This document shows positions 9,863 through 18,421 of a stretch of 37,113 nucleotides of DNA, piece after piece. The notes under the pieces are model-generated. The model saw only the letters and a program-made list of their open reading frames with translations. It was not told the DNA's origin and searched no databases. Source of the DNA: a virus (Duplodnaviria > Caudoviricetes); IMG/VR virus record IMGVR_UViG_3300005764_000038, positions 1 through 37,113 of that record, one strand, 5' to 3'. Made by a program: the position numbers and the translations under genes. Within the stretch, counting starts at the first letter, position 1, and each line of letters opens with the position of its first letter.

Positions 9863-10258
9863 CTACCCCGCTTTCGGAAGCGCCTTCGTTTCGGCTTCGG
9901 CCTTCTTCGCTGCCGCGGCCTCGGCTTCGGCCTTCTCTTCTTCTGCCGCCTGAATCAGACGACCGCGAAGAGCTTGCGAGCGACGCTCCCGCGCTCCCGC
10001 GCGCGCGTCCTCGTCGTCCATCTGGGCACACTCGAATTGGAAGACGTCCGGATGCTCGGCGGCAAACTGGCCGATCGTTTTCTGCGCGGCGCGCGCGGTC
10101 TTCTTCACGTTCTCGTCGCGGTCTTGCTCCGGGTCGATCGCGGGGCCGACGAGGCTCCGATCGAGCTTCGGCTTTTCGGCGGGCTTATCCGCCGGGGCGT
10201 GCGTCTTCTCTTCGGCCTTCGCCTTTTCGTGCGGCGGGGGATCCTTCTTGTCGAACAT
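9863..10258 (-). CDS. Charged hypothetical protein (131 aa)
   Basis: Strong RBS (GGAAAGGAAAG) and same orientation as the operon. Confidence 0.65.
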   Translation of the reverse strand: MFDKKDPPPHEKAKAEEKTHAPADKPAEKPKLDRSLVGPAIDPEQDRDENVKKTARAAQKTIGQFAAEHPDVFQFECAQMDDEDARAGARERRSQALRGRLIQAAEEEKAEAEAAAAKKAEAETKALPKAG

Positions 10259-10496
10259 CTGACTTTCCTTTCCATCGCTCGTGATCTTCGGAAAACGGCG
10301 TCATCGCGACGCCCGACGGATGGCAGTAGAAAAGGGGTTCGAGCTTGCCGACCGGGACGCCGCGGCGCTGCACACCGACGAGCTGAAGGGTTGTGTCGTA
10401 ATGAAGCTCGGCTTGTGCGTCTTGCACGAGCGGCCCCATGCCCCGGAGTGTCGGCACGCCGTTGAAAAACTCGACCTTGGCAAGAGGGATTTTCAT
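10185..10496 (-). CDS. Hypothetical protein (about 103 aa)
   Basis: ATG at 10496 overlaps the upstream TGA and reads MKIPLAKVEFFNGVP. Overlaps the next gene by 74 nt. Confidence 0.55.
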   Translation of the reverse strand: MKIPLAKVEFFNGVPTLRGMGPLVQDAQAELHYDTTLQLVGVQRRGVPVGKLEPLFYCHPSGVAMTPFSEDHERWKGKSDVRQEGSPAARKGEGRREDARPGG

Positions 10497-11065
10497 CAGT
10501 GCGCTCCATGCACGTGGCGAAGGTCGGTTTCGTTCAGAACGAGATCCTTGAAGAAGGCCGCGTCGACGCGAGTACCCGTGATGTGCTCCAAAATGGCCGC
10601 GATACAGAACGTCGAATCGTGCGCGTTGCACGCGCCGACCGGCAGGCGCACCGAGCGATACCGATGTTCCCCGTGGCCCCCGATGCTCACGCGAAGCTGC
10701 ATATCGAGATTGATGAAGCCCCGGTCCTTACCGCTCGTATCGACCCGGACATTGCAGATAATCGGGTAGCCGCGGTTTGCGAAAAGGTCCCCGATCGTGT
10801 GCTTCCACGGATTGACCGGGTGCACCGACAGGGCGATACCGAGCTTGCGAAGCCATAGGGGCGCGTCGACTAAGAGGGGTTCCGTGCTTTCGTACTTCCG
10901 GCCGTCCTCTTCGAACGGCATGCGGTCCGGCCAGGCATCGCCCGAGAGTCTTCGCCGACCCGCGACCGGAGGCGCGGCAAGCTCGGTGGCCGTCGCGTGG
11001 CTCAGGCCGGCCTTACGCCCGAGCTCGTAGCGGTGTGCGATTTCATCGGCTTCGGAGCGGCCCAC
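10496..11065 (-). CDS. Hypothetical protein (189 aa), first gene of the portal/capsid operon
   Basis: Globular-looking ORF directly downstream of a candidate promoter. Confidence 0.65.
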   Translation of the reverse strand: MGRSEADEIAHRYELGRKAGLSHATATELAAPPVAGRRRLSGDAWPDRMPFEEDGRKYESTEPLLVDAPLWLRKLGIALSVHPVNPWKHTIGDLFANRGYPIICNVRVDTSGKDRGFINLDMQLRVSIGGHGEHRYRSVRLPVGACNAHDSTFCIAAILEHITGTRVDAAFFKDLVLNETDLRHVHGAH

Positions 11066-11071
11066 CCGTCG

Positions 11072-11125
11072 AGTGTGAACCCCAGTTCACAGGGTGGTCA
11101 AGTGTCACTGTGAACCATGGTTCAC
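11072..11125. promoter_or_regulatory. Two GTGAAC-N4-GTTCAC palindromic operators at a candidate leftward promoter
   Basis: TGTGAACcccaGTTCACA at 11074-11091 and GTGAACcatgGTTCAC at 11110-11125. Minus-strand TTGACC (11096-11101) lies 18 nt from CACACT (11072-11077). Confidence 0.65.
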
Positions 11126-11175
11126 GGTCGTCCGTTCACTATTGCGTGCCGGGCTTTGTCCGTCATCTTGTAAGC

Positions 11176-11667
11176 ATGCGGGTACTTTTCTCTTTTCTCG
11201 GTTTCATCGTTCTTGGTTGTGGTGGTGCGGACGGTTCGGCGGGCGTGGTAGAGGGCACCGGTGGAGAGGCGTCCGTTGCGGGCTCGGGCGGGCAGGCGAG
11301 CACCGGCGGCAGCGTGGCGACAGGCGGGCAAAATGCCACGGGCGGCAGCGTCGCGAGCACCGGCGGGGTAGCGACTGGTAGCGGTGGCGCGCCGTCACTT
11401 CGGTGCACGACCGATGCGGATTGCGCGGCCGGCTGGCTCTGCGTTGCGCTTACCGATTACGCGGGTGCCGATCACACCCCGATGTGTAGGAAACCGTGCA
11501 TCGAAGGCACTACGCCCAACCGTTCACCCGATTGCGCGAACGAATCGGACGACTTTTGCTCGGCCGTTGTCATGGGACGATTCGTGAATAACTGCGAAGG
11601 ACGCGGGGCGCCGCGTGCGTGCGCCGGGACAATCGGCCCCGATCCGCTCGGGTGCGCCGGCCGGTAA
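11176..11667 (+). CDS. Myxobacterial-type lipoprotein with Gly/Thr linker and Cys-rich domain (163 aa)
   Basis: Signal peptide with lipobox (MRVLFSFLGFIVLG-C), repeated TGG units, CTTDADCAAGWLC motif and further Cys residues. Confidence 0.75.
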   Translation: MRVLFSFLGFIVLGCGGADGSAGVVEGTGGEASVAGSGGQASTGGSVATGGQNATGGSVASTGGVATGSGGAPSLRCTTDADCAAGWLCVALTDYAGADHTPMCRKPCIEGTTPNRSPDCANESDDFCSAVVMGRFVNNCEGRGAPRACAGTIGPDPLGCAGR

Positions 11668-11670
11668 GCA

Positions 11671-11748
11671 AGCACCCGGGTACTCTTTCCTTGACAGGCC
11701 GGCAGGCTTTTGGCTCTCATGCGGGGCCAAGTGGTAATAGGGTACCAC
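11671..11748 (+). promoter_or_regulatory. Candidate promoter with operators for the plus-strand cassette
   Basis: AGCACccggGTACT at 11671-11684, TTGACA at 11691-11696, and inverted repeat GTGGTA-N6-TACCAC at 11731-11748. Confidence 0.55.
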
Positions 11749-11779
11749 GCTCACAATCGAGCATGAGGGAAGGTGCCGA

Positions 11780-12397
11780 GTGTCAGAAATCAAGACCGAA
11801 AAACAGGCCGCGGATCTCCGTAGCAAGGCAATCGAGCAAGCCGAGGCCCACACCAGGACGGCGCTCGCGCTCGCCGAAACGCTCTTCGCTATCAAGTTTT
11901 CGAGCGTCAAGGTGGGCGGAAGAGAGATGCCGCTTGTGGTGTTTTGGAAGCACGAAGATTTCCACGAGTACGCCGAGCACGAGCTTGGCATGCACGGCAG
12001 TACCGCGGAAAACTACGTGCACGTCCATGACGTCTTGATTTTGAGCGAGGGGGTGAAGAAGGAAGAGCTTCCACACTCCATCACGAAGCTGATTCAGCTT
12101 GCGCGTGTCGCAAAGACCCCGGGCGTCAAGCTCGCTTCGTGGCTGAAGAAGGCCGCGGAAATGTCGTGCTGCGGTTTCCAGGCCGCGGTCGAAGAAGAGC
12201 TCACCGGCAAGCCGAGTCATCGGACGTGGGCCTTTTATCTCAGTAACAAAGACATTCGGTCGATCGAGCGCGGGATCAAGCGCGCGAAGGAAATCCTCGG
12301 AACGAAGCACAACGGCGAGACGCTCGCGCACATCGTCGACGAGTGGACGCAGGTCGCAGAAAAGGCCGCGCTTCGCATCGTGCGGAAGGCCGGATGA
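11780..12397 (+). CDS. Hypothetical helical protein, possibly DNA-binding (205 aa)
   Basis: RBS GAGGGAAGG and GTG start. Contains an HTH-like segment FHEYAEHELGMHGSTAENYVHV. Confidence 0.7.
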   Translation: MSEIKTEKQAADLRSKAIEQAEAHTRTALALAETLFAIKFSSVKVGGREMPLVVFWKHEDFHEYAEHELGMHGSTAENYVHVHDVLILSEGVKKEELPHSITKLIQLARVAKTPGVKLASWLKKAAEMSCCGFQAAVEEELTGKPSHRTWAFYLSNKDIRSIERGIKRAKEILGTKHNGETLAHIVDEWTQVAEKAALRIVRKAG

Positions 12398-13347
12398 TGG
12401 GCCCGGGGGAAGATCCGGATCTCGCCGACCTTGCCGCCGAGCTTGCCGCGACGGGCTTTAGCCCGGCTCAGATCCTGAAAGTCATTCGAAACGCTCGGGG
12501 CGGCTCCGTCGCACCAGAAAGGAGGACCCGCGCTACTGGCGTCGCGGCGGAGTCGCCCGAGCGTACCCGCAACCGCAAGCCCCGCGCGCCTCGACCCGGC
12601 TACGTCACTCACGAGCAAGTGCTCGGGGCGCTTCTCGAAAAGGGTCTCACCGCGCAAGAGCTCGAAGCCGCGCTTCCGAGCCTCGACCATAACGGGACGA
12701 TTCGTCATCTTCGGCGCGCGCTCGACTTCGGAAACGTGATGAAGGTCGGCAACGTCTACTCGCTCACAGAGAACGGACGGGTCAATGCGCGTGCTCGCCC
12801 CGGCGCCGCGCCCCCGGAGCCCTTCACCCGTAGGACCCGGATCTCACGCGCCGATGTTTTGGCGAAGCTCCGGGCAATCGGAACGAGCTCGGTCGAAGGC
12901 CTTCGTCAAGCGCTCGGCGGAAAGATGAGAGCCAAATCGGTCTGGCAACATCTTGACCGCGGCACTCGCGAAGGAACGGTCAAGAAACACGACACCACCC
13001 CGCTCACGTTTAGCGTCGTCGGGCGGGAGGCGAAGGTCAGGGGCAAGAACGACGAGCGTATCGCAAACGCTCTCAAGGCGGCCAGGGGCCCGCTCGACCT
13101 GGCCGGCTTTGTCGCGCACAGTCCGGAGTTCAAGCGAATGAACGCAGGCGCGCAACAGATGGCGTTATCCAATGCGGTGAAGCGCGGCGTCGCGGTGCGG
13201 CTCGCAAAGGGAGTCTATGGGCTCCCGGGCAGAGCGGCGGCGCACACGGTGAAGGCGAAGAAGCTCCCAAAAGGCGCAAAGCCGGCGGCAAGCGAGCCGG
13301 CAAAGCCCGTCGACGCTAAGCCAAACGGCGCCGCCGCACCAAACTAA
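12394..13347 (+). CDS. Basic protein with three tandem winged-helix-like domains
   Basis: Three units end in wing-like motifs GNVMKVGNVYSLT, GTVKKHDTTPLTFSV and GVAVRLAKGVYGLP. K/P/A-rich tail. Confidence 0.65.
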   Translation: MMGPGEDPDLADLAAELAATGFSPAQILKVIRNARGGSVAPERRTRATGVAAESPERTRNRKPRAPRPGYVTHEQVLGALLEKGLTAQELEAALPSLDHNGTIRHLRRALDFGNVMKVGNVYSLTENGRVNARARPGAAPPEPFTRRTRISRADVLAKLRAIGTSSVEGLRQALGGKMRAKSVWQHLDRGTREGTVKKHDTTPLTFSVVGREAKVRGKNDERIANALKAARGPLDLAGFVAHSPEFKRMNAGAQQMALSNAVKRGVAVRLAKGVYGLPGRAAAHTVKAKKLPKGAKPAASEPAKPVDAKPNGAAAPN

Positions 13348-13368
13348 TCCCTGAAAGGGGGCGGCACA

Positions 13369-13611
13369 ATGAGCCCTGACAAAGAGCGCCTGCTTTCCAT
13401 CTTCACCATTTACGAAAATCCCCGCGACTATCCGGGGCGGTTCGTGGTGCGAGAGACGCGGGTCGGTCCGGGCGGCACGATGGAGATTTCCCCGGTAGCG
13501 ATGGTCGTCACGAAATCGCTCGCCCGGGCGCGTGGCGCTCTGCCGCCCGGGCTTGTCCGCCTTGACCGGTCGCCGGGCGATGACGAGTGTATTCGGGAGA
13601 TTTGGCTATGA
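13369..13611 (+). CDS. Hypothetical protein (80 aa)
   Basis: RBS AAGGGGG. Motifs TIYENPRDYPGRFVVR and RSPGDDECIREIWL. Confidence 0.75.
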   Translation: MSPDKERLLSIFTIYENPRDYPGRFVVRETRVGPGGTMEISPVAMVVTKSLARARGALPPGLVRLDRSPGDDECIREIWL

Positions 13612-14348
13612 GCCGCACCGGGCTTCGCCCCGATTTGCCCAAGCTACCCGACCGGATGCGTGCGCGGCCGCTCGATGCGCGCGGGTACCCGGTGCCGTGG
13701 TTTGTGGAATGGATCGACGGGGTGCCCGACTTCCGGGTGGTCGACAGTAAGAAACTCGTCGCGGCCATGAACCTCCGGCTTTGCTGGGTTTGCGGTGAGC
13801 CGCTCGGCCGCTTCGGTGCGTTCACGATCGGCCCGATGTGCGCCCTGAACCGGACTACGTCCGAGCCCCCTTCGCATCGGGATTGCGCCATCTTCAGCGC
13901 GAAGGCCTGCCCGTTTCTGACGCGCCCGAAGGCCGAGCGCCGGGACGCGAACCGCCCCGAGGGGTGGACGCCTCCGGCGGGCGTCATGATCGAGCGTAAC
14001 CCCGGCGTCGCACTCGTATGGGTGACGCGCGAGTGGCACCCGTTTCCGGCTGAAGGGGGCTTCTTGATCCACATTGGCGACCCAAGCGAAACGCTCTGGT
14101 TTTCGGAAGGTCGGCCCGCCACGCGTACGGAGTGCACCGAGAGCATCGAAACGGGCCTGCCCCTCTTGCTCGCGGATACTGCAAAACAGGCGCCGCATGA
14201 ATTGCACGACGCGGCCGCGTATCTCGTGACGGCGCTCGAAAAGGCGCGGGGTTACTTGCCGCTCGGAATGGGCCCCGTGACGGATCGGCCCGCTATCATG
14301 GTCGTGGGCGAAGCCATGATGACCGCTCTTCAGGAGACCGCGCCATGA
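13608..14348 (+). CDS. Hypothetical protein, probably Zn-binding (about 246 aa)
   Basis: ATGA overlap. Motifs RGYPVPWFV, CWVCGEPL and EPPSHRDCAIFSAKACPFL. Confidence 0.75.
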   Translation: MSRTGLRPDLPKLPDRMRARPLDARGYPVPWFVEWIDGVPDFRVVDSKKLVAAMNLRLCWVCGEPLGRFGAFTIGPMCALNRTTSEPPSHRDCAIFSAKACPFLTRPKAERRDANRPEGWTPPAGVMIERNPGVALVWVTREWHPFPAEGGFLIHIGDPSETLWFSEGRPATRTECTESIETGLPLLLADTAKQAPHELHDAAAYLVTALEKARGYLPLGMGPVTDRPAIMVVGEAMMTALQETAP

Positions 14349-14893
14349 AATGCCCGCGCTGCGGCAAGGTCGCAAAGGGTACCGCGGTTCTCGGCGGGCC
14401 CGGACATGAAACCCCGCCCCCCGGGGCTATCGGCGTTTGTGCCGGGTGCGGCGCGTTCGTGCGAGTCACCGACGCAGAAGAGCTCGAAGCCCTGGACGAG
14501 CTGCCGGCCGACATGCCGAGCGAGATGGTTCGTGCCTTAAAAATCGGTCGGCTCTATACGCAGAAGGGGAAAGGGAAGGCCGAGGGCTACGCGTTTGCCG
14601 CGGCCATGACCATGGACATTGTCGCGGGTTTCGTCGCGCAGGACCCCGAAGAGCTGCCGCGCTTTGCCGCCCCGAAGGGGGTAGCCCTCTTGTGCGGCCT
14701 CGATGAGCTCGGCCCCCGCATGGCGCGAAACCCCGCCGCGGGTGAGCTTCTACTCGCGATACTCGGTTACTTTCGACGGATCAAAACGGAGCCGCCAACC
14801 GTGACCATGCTCCGAATGGCGCTCGAAAAGTCGGGCATCGAAACCGAAGACTGCTCACCCGCCGATCTCGGCCTGGAGTTCCCGAAAGCGTGA
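14345..14893 (+). CDS. Hypothetical protein with N-terminal Zn ribbon (182 aa)
   Basis: CPRC...CAGC motif and ATGA overlap. Confidence 0.7.
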   Translation: MKCPRCGKVAKGTAVLGGPGHETPPPGAIGVCAGCGAFVRVTDAEELEALDELPADMPSEMVRALKIGRLYTQKGKGKAEGYAFAAAMTMDIVAGFVAQDPEELPRFAAPKGVALLCGLDELGPRMARNPAAGELLLAILGYFRRIKTEPPTVTMLRMALEKSGIETEDCSPADLGLEFPKA

Positions 14894-14896
14894 GCA

Positions 14897-15100
14897 ATGC
14901 GACCTTGCAAAGTAGCACCCCACGGCCCCGAAGAGCACGCACGCGTGGCGGCAATCCGGGCGCTCTACCTCGCAAGCGGCAGAATCAAGACTTACGTGGA
15001 CGCCTACACCACGCCCGAGAAGCGCGCGGGCTTTCTGATCTACGTGGCCCCCCTGCTCGAAGCTCTCGCGCGGCGGTTCGAAGAAGAGACGCGGTCATGA
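14897..15100 (+). CDS. Small hypothetical protein (67 aa)
   Basis: Fills the operon. Its stop overlaps the next ATG. Confidence 0.5.
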   Translation: MRPCKVAPHGPEEHARVAAIRALYLASGRIKTYVDAYTTPEKRAGFLIYVAPLLEALARRFEEETRS

Positions 15101-15216
15101 GGGCCGAATACATTTCGTTTTCGGTGCCCTCGTTCGCGGGGCTTGCCCTGTGCTTGCTCGTCGTCGGGGCGCTTCTTGGCGTGACACTTGCGCGGGCGTT
15201 TTACAGGGGCGAGTGA
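15097..15216 (+). CDS. Small single-pass membrane peptide (39 aa)
   Basis: Reads MRAEYISFSVPSFAGLALCLLVVGALLGVTLARAFYRGE, with ATGA overlap. Confidence 0.5.
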   Translation: MRAEYISFSVPSFAGLALCLLVVGALLGVTLARAFYRGE

Positions 15217-15238
15217 GGCCGGTGGGTGACAGTCGAAT

Positions 15239-15877
15239 CTACGGCATGAACCCCCGCCCGAAGCCTGCCTGTCCCGTCAATATCGCGGCGCGGCGTCTCG
15301 AAAACATCGCGGCCGGAAACCATTCACCGGCTCCCGAGCGATCGGCCAAAAGCAGATACCCCGCGCCGCAGTCGCCACACACGGAAGTCTTGCTGTCTTC
15401 CAAGATGGCCATGGCCTCGGCTTTACAGAAGACACACGTAACGGGAAAGAGGCGCACGGCGAGCGCGCCAAGCTCACAGAGCGCGAGCAGGCCCCCATAC
15501 GTTTCGATGAGCCGCACCCTTCGGAGCTCGACGGCAGCCACGATCGCAAGCTCGACAAAGAAGGCCGCGAGCAATTGGGCCCGGCGCTTCTCTTCTAGGC
15601 GCCGATTGTGCTCGGCCTCGAACAGGCGCCGTCTCTGCTCACAGATCTCGCAGCCGTAGACAATGACGGAGTGGTAACAATACCCACGCAGCAAGAGGCT
15701 TAGCTTTTCGACGCTCTTCTTTCGGCGTCGACGCACTTGCGGAAGGGAGATACCGAGAAATTGCGCCGTCTCCTTCTCGCCCCGACCGACGACCGCGTCG
15801 GACCAAAGTACGGCCGCTTCTTTGACCGGAAGCTCTTCGAAGGCGAGGCGAATATCAAGGCGCTCGTCTTCGTCCAT
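15239..15877 (-). CDS. Sigma-70 region-4-like HTH protein with Zn-ribbon motifs (about 212 aa)
   Basis: Starts at the TerL stop. Contains LAFEELPVKEAAVL...EKETAQFLGISLPQVRRRRKKSVEKL, then CEIC and CVFC...CGDC. Confidence 0.6.
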   Translation of the reverse strand: MDEDERLDIRLAFEELPVKEAAVLWSDAVVGRGEKETAQFLGISLPQVRRRRKKSVEKLSLLLRGYCYHSVIVYGCEICEQRRRLFEAEHNRRLEEKRRAQLLAAFFVELAIVAAVELRRVRLIETYGGLLALCELGALAVRLFPVTCVFCKAEAMAILEDSKTSVCGDCGAGYLLLADRSGAGEWFPAAMFSRRRAAILTGQAGFGRGFMP

Positions 15878-17472
15878 CACTCGAATTCCCCGAAGTCTCT
15901 CCACGCTTCTTCCCGCTGCTCGGCCTCGTACCGTTCTTGATCGGCGAGAATTTCGGCCCGCCACTTGGCCGCCGCGGCGTCTGCCGGCGACTGGTAGACG
16001 GGGGGCACGTCCACCGGGAAGCCCCGGGCCGCATCCCAGACGGCAAGCACAAGCGCAGACACCAGGTCCCCATGACCGCCGGTCCGCCAGCGGGGCGAGA
16101 CGATGGTGATGCCCCCGCCGGCCGTGGGGTGGGCCGTGACCTCGCGAAGCTGGCGGATGAGGCGCTCGTGATTGGGCAGGCGGATTTGCCCCTCGCGAAA
16201 GACGGCGCGCACGGCCTGGTAGGTTTCGGCCTTGCCGTTTGCGCCTTCGGGGGCTGAGACGAGGGAAAGTCCGTGCTCGGTCAGATGCTCGACGATGGTT
16301 TCGCGGTAGTGGGCGTCCGCAATGAGGTGGTCGGCGCCGTCGTCCCGGGTGTGCGCGGCGAATTGCGCGATCACCGTGGACGGTTTCAGCGGCTTCTTTC
16401 GCTCGGGGGCAATCTCCACAACCCGAGTCACGTCGACCCTTACTAGAGGGAGAGGACAACGCCTTGCTGTTACAAGGGCCGACGAGTCGGACCGGAACCC
16501 GAAGTCGGCGCCGACGCTCGCGACGCTGAAGGGTTCGACCGGGAGCTCGTCGGAAGCCTGAACGGCCGCGGTGATTGAGGCGCCGTCGAAGAAGGCGTCC
16601 CCCGCCGTCCCCATGAATTCCGCGCCGAATTCGCGGTCACTGTTGACCGGGTCGCGGGCCCGCTCCCTCTCTACATAGGAGCGCGTGTGCTCGTCGTCTC
16701 TAAGAAGGAGAGTCGGGGCGTGAGCGGAGACGGCGTCGACAGGGTGCTCCCCGCGATTTCGCTTGTGGAAGTCCCACAAGAGACCGGTCTCCGCCCACGG
16801 GGTCGACGCTAACACGAGCTGCCCGCCGCGAAGGATGCGCGGGCCCACGGCCCGGTAGAGCTCGACGTCGTTCACCTTATAAGAGGAGTCACGGAAGAAG
16901 GCGCACTCGTCCAGGATGGCGCCGACGAGCGACCGGCCGCGGACGGCACTTCCGCCGCGGGTTGCGGGCAGGACTTCGATCGCCACACGGCCGTCGGGGC
17001 GCTGAAGGGCGAAGGAGTCGGCACCGGCTTTCACGATGCGACGGCGCACGTCGGGACTGCCGCGAGCGGCGCCGAGCGCGTAGCGCAAGACTTGCCGGCC
17101 GAGTCTCATGTCCGGGGCCACGATGAGCGCGACTGCGACCTCGCCCCGCGCCAGCGTCACGAGCGGCACCGTGAGCGCAAGGTGCAGCATGCGGAGAGCG
17201 CCGAGCACGTAGGACTTCCCGGCGCGGGCGCCGCAGACCGCTACGACGATGTGACGACAGGCGGGCGGAAAGGACTCGGCCTCACCGAAGAGCTCGCGAG
17301 CGTAGCGCCGGTCCTCTCCTTCTAGGTCGCGGGGCTCGGCTCCGTCGAAAGCGACCGCGCAGAGGACACGCTGCCCCGGGGTGAGCGTCACGCCGAGCTC
17401 GTCGCAGAAGCGGAGGAAGCTCCGAGGGGCGCAGACTTCGGGCAGGGCCGAGAAGAGGGCTTCTAGGCTCAC
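15877..17472 (-). CDS. terL: Terminase large subunit
   Basis: LTPGQ Q-motif, Walker A GARAGKS, Walker B AILDE, coupling motif ASTP, and nuclease motifs GADFG and HGDLVSALVLA. Confidence 0.92.
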   Translation of the reverse strand: MSLEALFSALPEVCAPRSFLRFCDELGVTLTPGQRVLCAVAFDGAEPRDLEGEDRRYARELFGEAESFPPACRHIVVAVCGARAGKSYVLGALRMLHLALTVPLVTLARGEVAVALIVAPDMRLGRQVLRYALGAARGSPDVRRRIVKAGADSFALQRPDGRVAIEVLPATRGGSAVRGRSLVGAILDECAFFRDSSYKVNDVELYRAVGPRILRGGQLVLASTPWAETGLLWDFHKRNRGEHPVDAVSAHAPTLLLRDDEHTRSYVERERARDPVNSDREFGAEFMGTAGDAFFDGASITAAVQASDELPVEPFSVASVGADFGFRSDSSALVTARRCPLPLVRVDVTRVVEIAPERKKPLKPSTVIAQFAAHTRDDGADHLIADAHYRETIVEHLTEHGLSLVSAPEGANGKAETYQAVRAVFREGQIRLPNHERLIRQLREVTAHPTAGGGITIVSPRWRTGGHGDLVSALVLAVWDAARGFPVDVPPVYQSPADAAAAKWRAEILADQERYEAEQREEAWRDFGEFE

Positions 17473-17674
17473 GAGGCCGAGCGTCGTGCCGTGTCAGAGG
17501 GCGGGGGCTAAAAAGTCAATAGGGGGAGTCGGTCCACCCCATTGGACGAAGGTCAGCCTATGTGGACGACATAAACAGGGGAGACCTTGCCGGCCGCCGC
17601 AATGCGTTACGCTGGCTAGGACTCTTTGTCCTTTGCCGAAAGCGGCCCCGGGGGCCTAAATTTCCGCGCTTTGC

Positions 17675-18025
17675 TCACCGGGGCGGCTCGGGGACTTTGA
17701 CGCTTTCGCGCTCCCTGAGCTCGGCCTGCGAGATTGCAGGGGCCCAGCCCCGGCTTAGGAGCCACTCTCGCACTTGCGGAGTCCCAAGCGCCGCGTCCAT
17801 CCGTTGGAGCATCTCTTCGGGCGCCAGGGCCAGCGCATCGGGGGGCATCGGGGGCAGCCGAGAGAAGGCGTACAGCATGTCCCGGGCCGCGGCTGCGCGT
17901 CTTTTCTGGTCCTTAGAGTCCAAATCCTCAGTGAGAACATGAACGGCCTTCAGAGCCCCCTCGACTATCTCACGTCGGACCAGACTGTCGGATAGCGCCG
18001 TATGTTTGATTACAGTATGCGACAT
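17675..18025 (-). CDS. Putative terminase small subunit (116 aa)
   Basis: Helical protein upstream of TerL. The call rests on position only. Confidence 0.5.
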   Translation of the reverse strand: MSHTVIKHTALSDSLVRREIVEGALKAVHVLTEDLDSKDQKRRAAAARDMLYAFSRLPPMPPDALALAPEEMLQRMDAALGTPQVREWLLSRGWAPAISQAELRERESVKVPEPPR

Positions 18026-18172
18026 GTGACACTAGGGATTCGCGCGCGGGCGCGATGATTTTTCTGGGCCGCGCTGCTTTTCTTGCTTGACAGCCCTGTG
18101 GAGAAAGCGCCATCTGACTCGCGCGCGTTCTCGGTTCGCGTCCGGACGCTCAAGAAATTCGCTTGCCGCCAT

Positions 18173-18421
18173 TCAAGCCCCGGACTCGGAAGCCGCGGGT
18201 TCCCCGCGCAGTATCCCGGCGAGTGAGAGGTCTTCGTCGAGCTCGGGCCAGCAGATGCCGCTTCCGCCACCGATGAGCCGGTAATTCCCTCGCTGCGCGT
18301 CCGTTGCTCCGTAGAGACGGGGATACCACTTCAGCGGCACCACGCACTCTCGGCCGTCGGTGAGCCTCACTCGAAGCCACGAACCGGTTGTTCGAACGCT
18401 GTGAATTCGCTCGTCGCTCAT
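18173..18421 (-). CDS. DUF2442 family protein (antitoxin-like)
   Basis: LRVRLTDGR...VPLKWYPRLYGATDAQRGNYRLIGGGSGICWPELDEDLSLAGIL matches the DUF2442 pattern. Confidence 0.85.
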   Translation of the reverse strand: MSDERIHSVRTTGSWLRVRLTDGRECVVPLKWYPRLYGATDAQRGNYRLIGGGSGICWPELDEDLSLAGILRGEPAASESGA

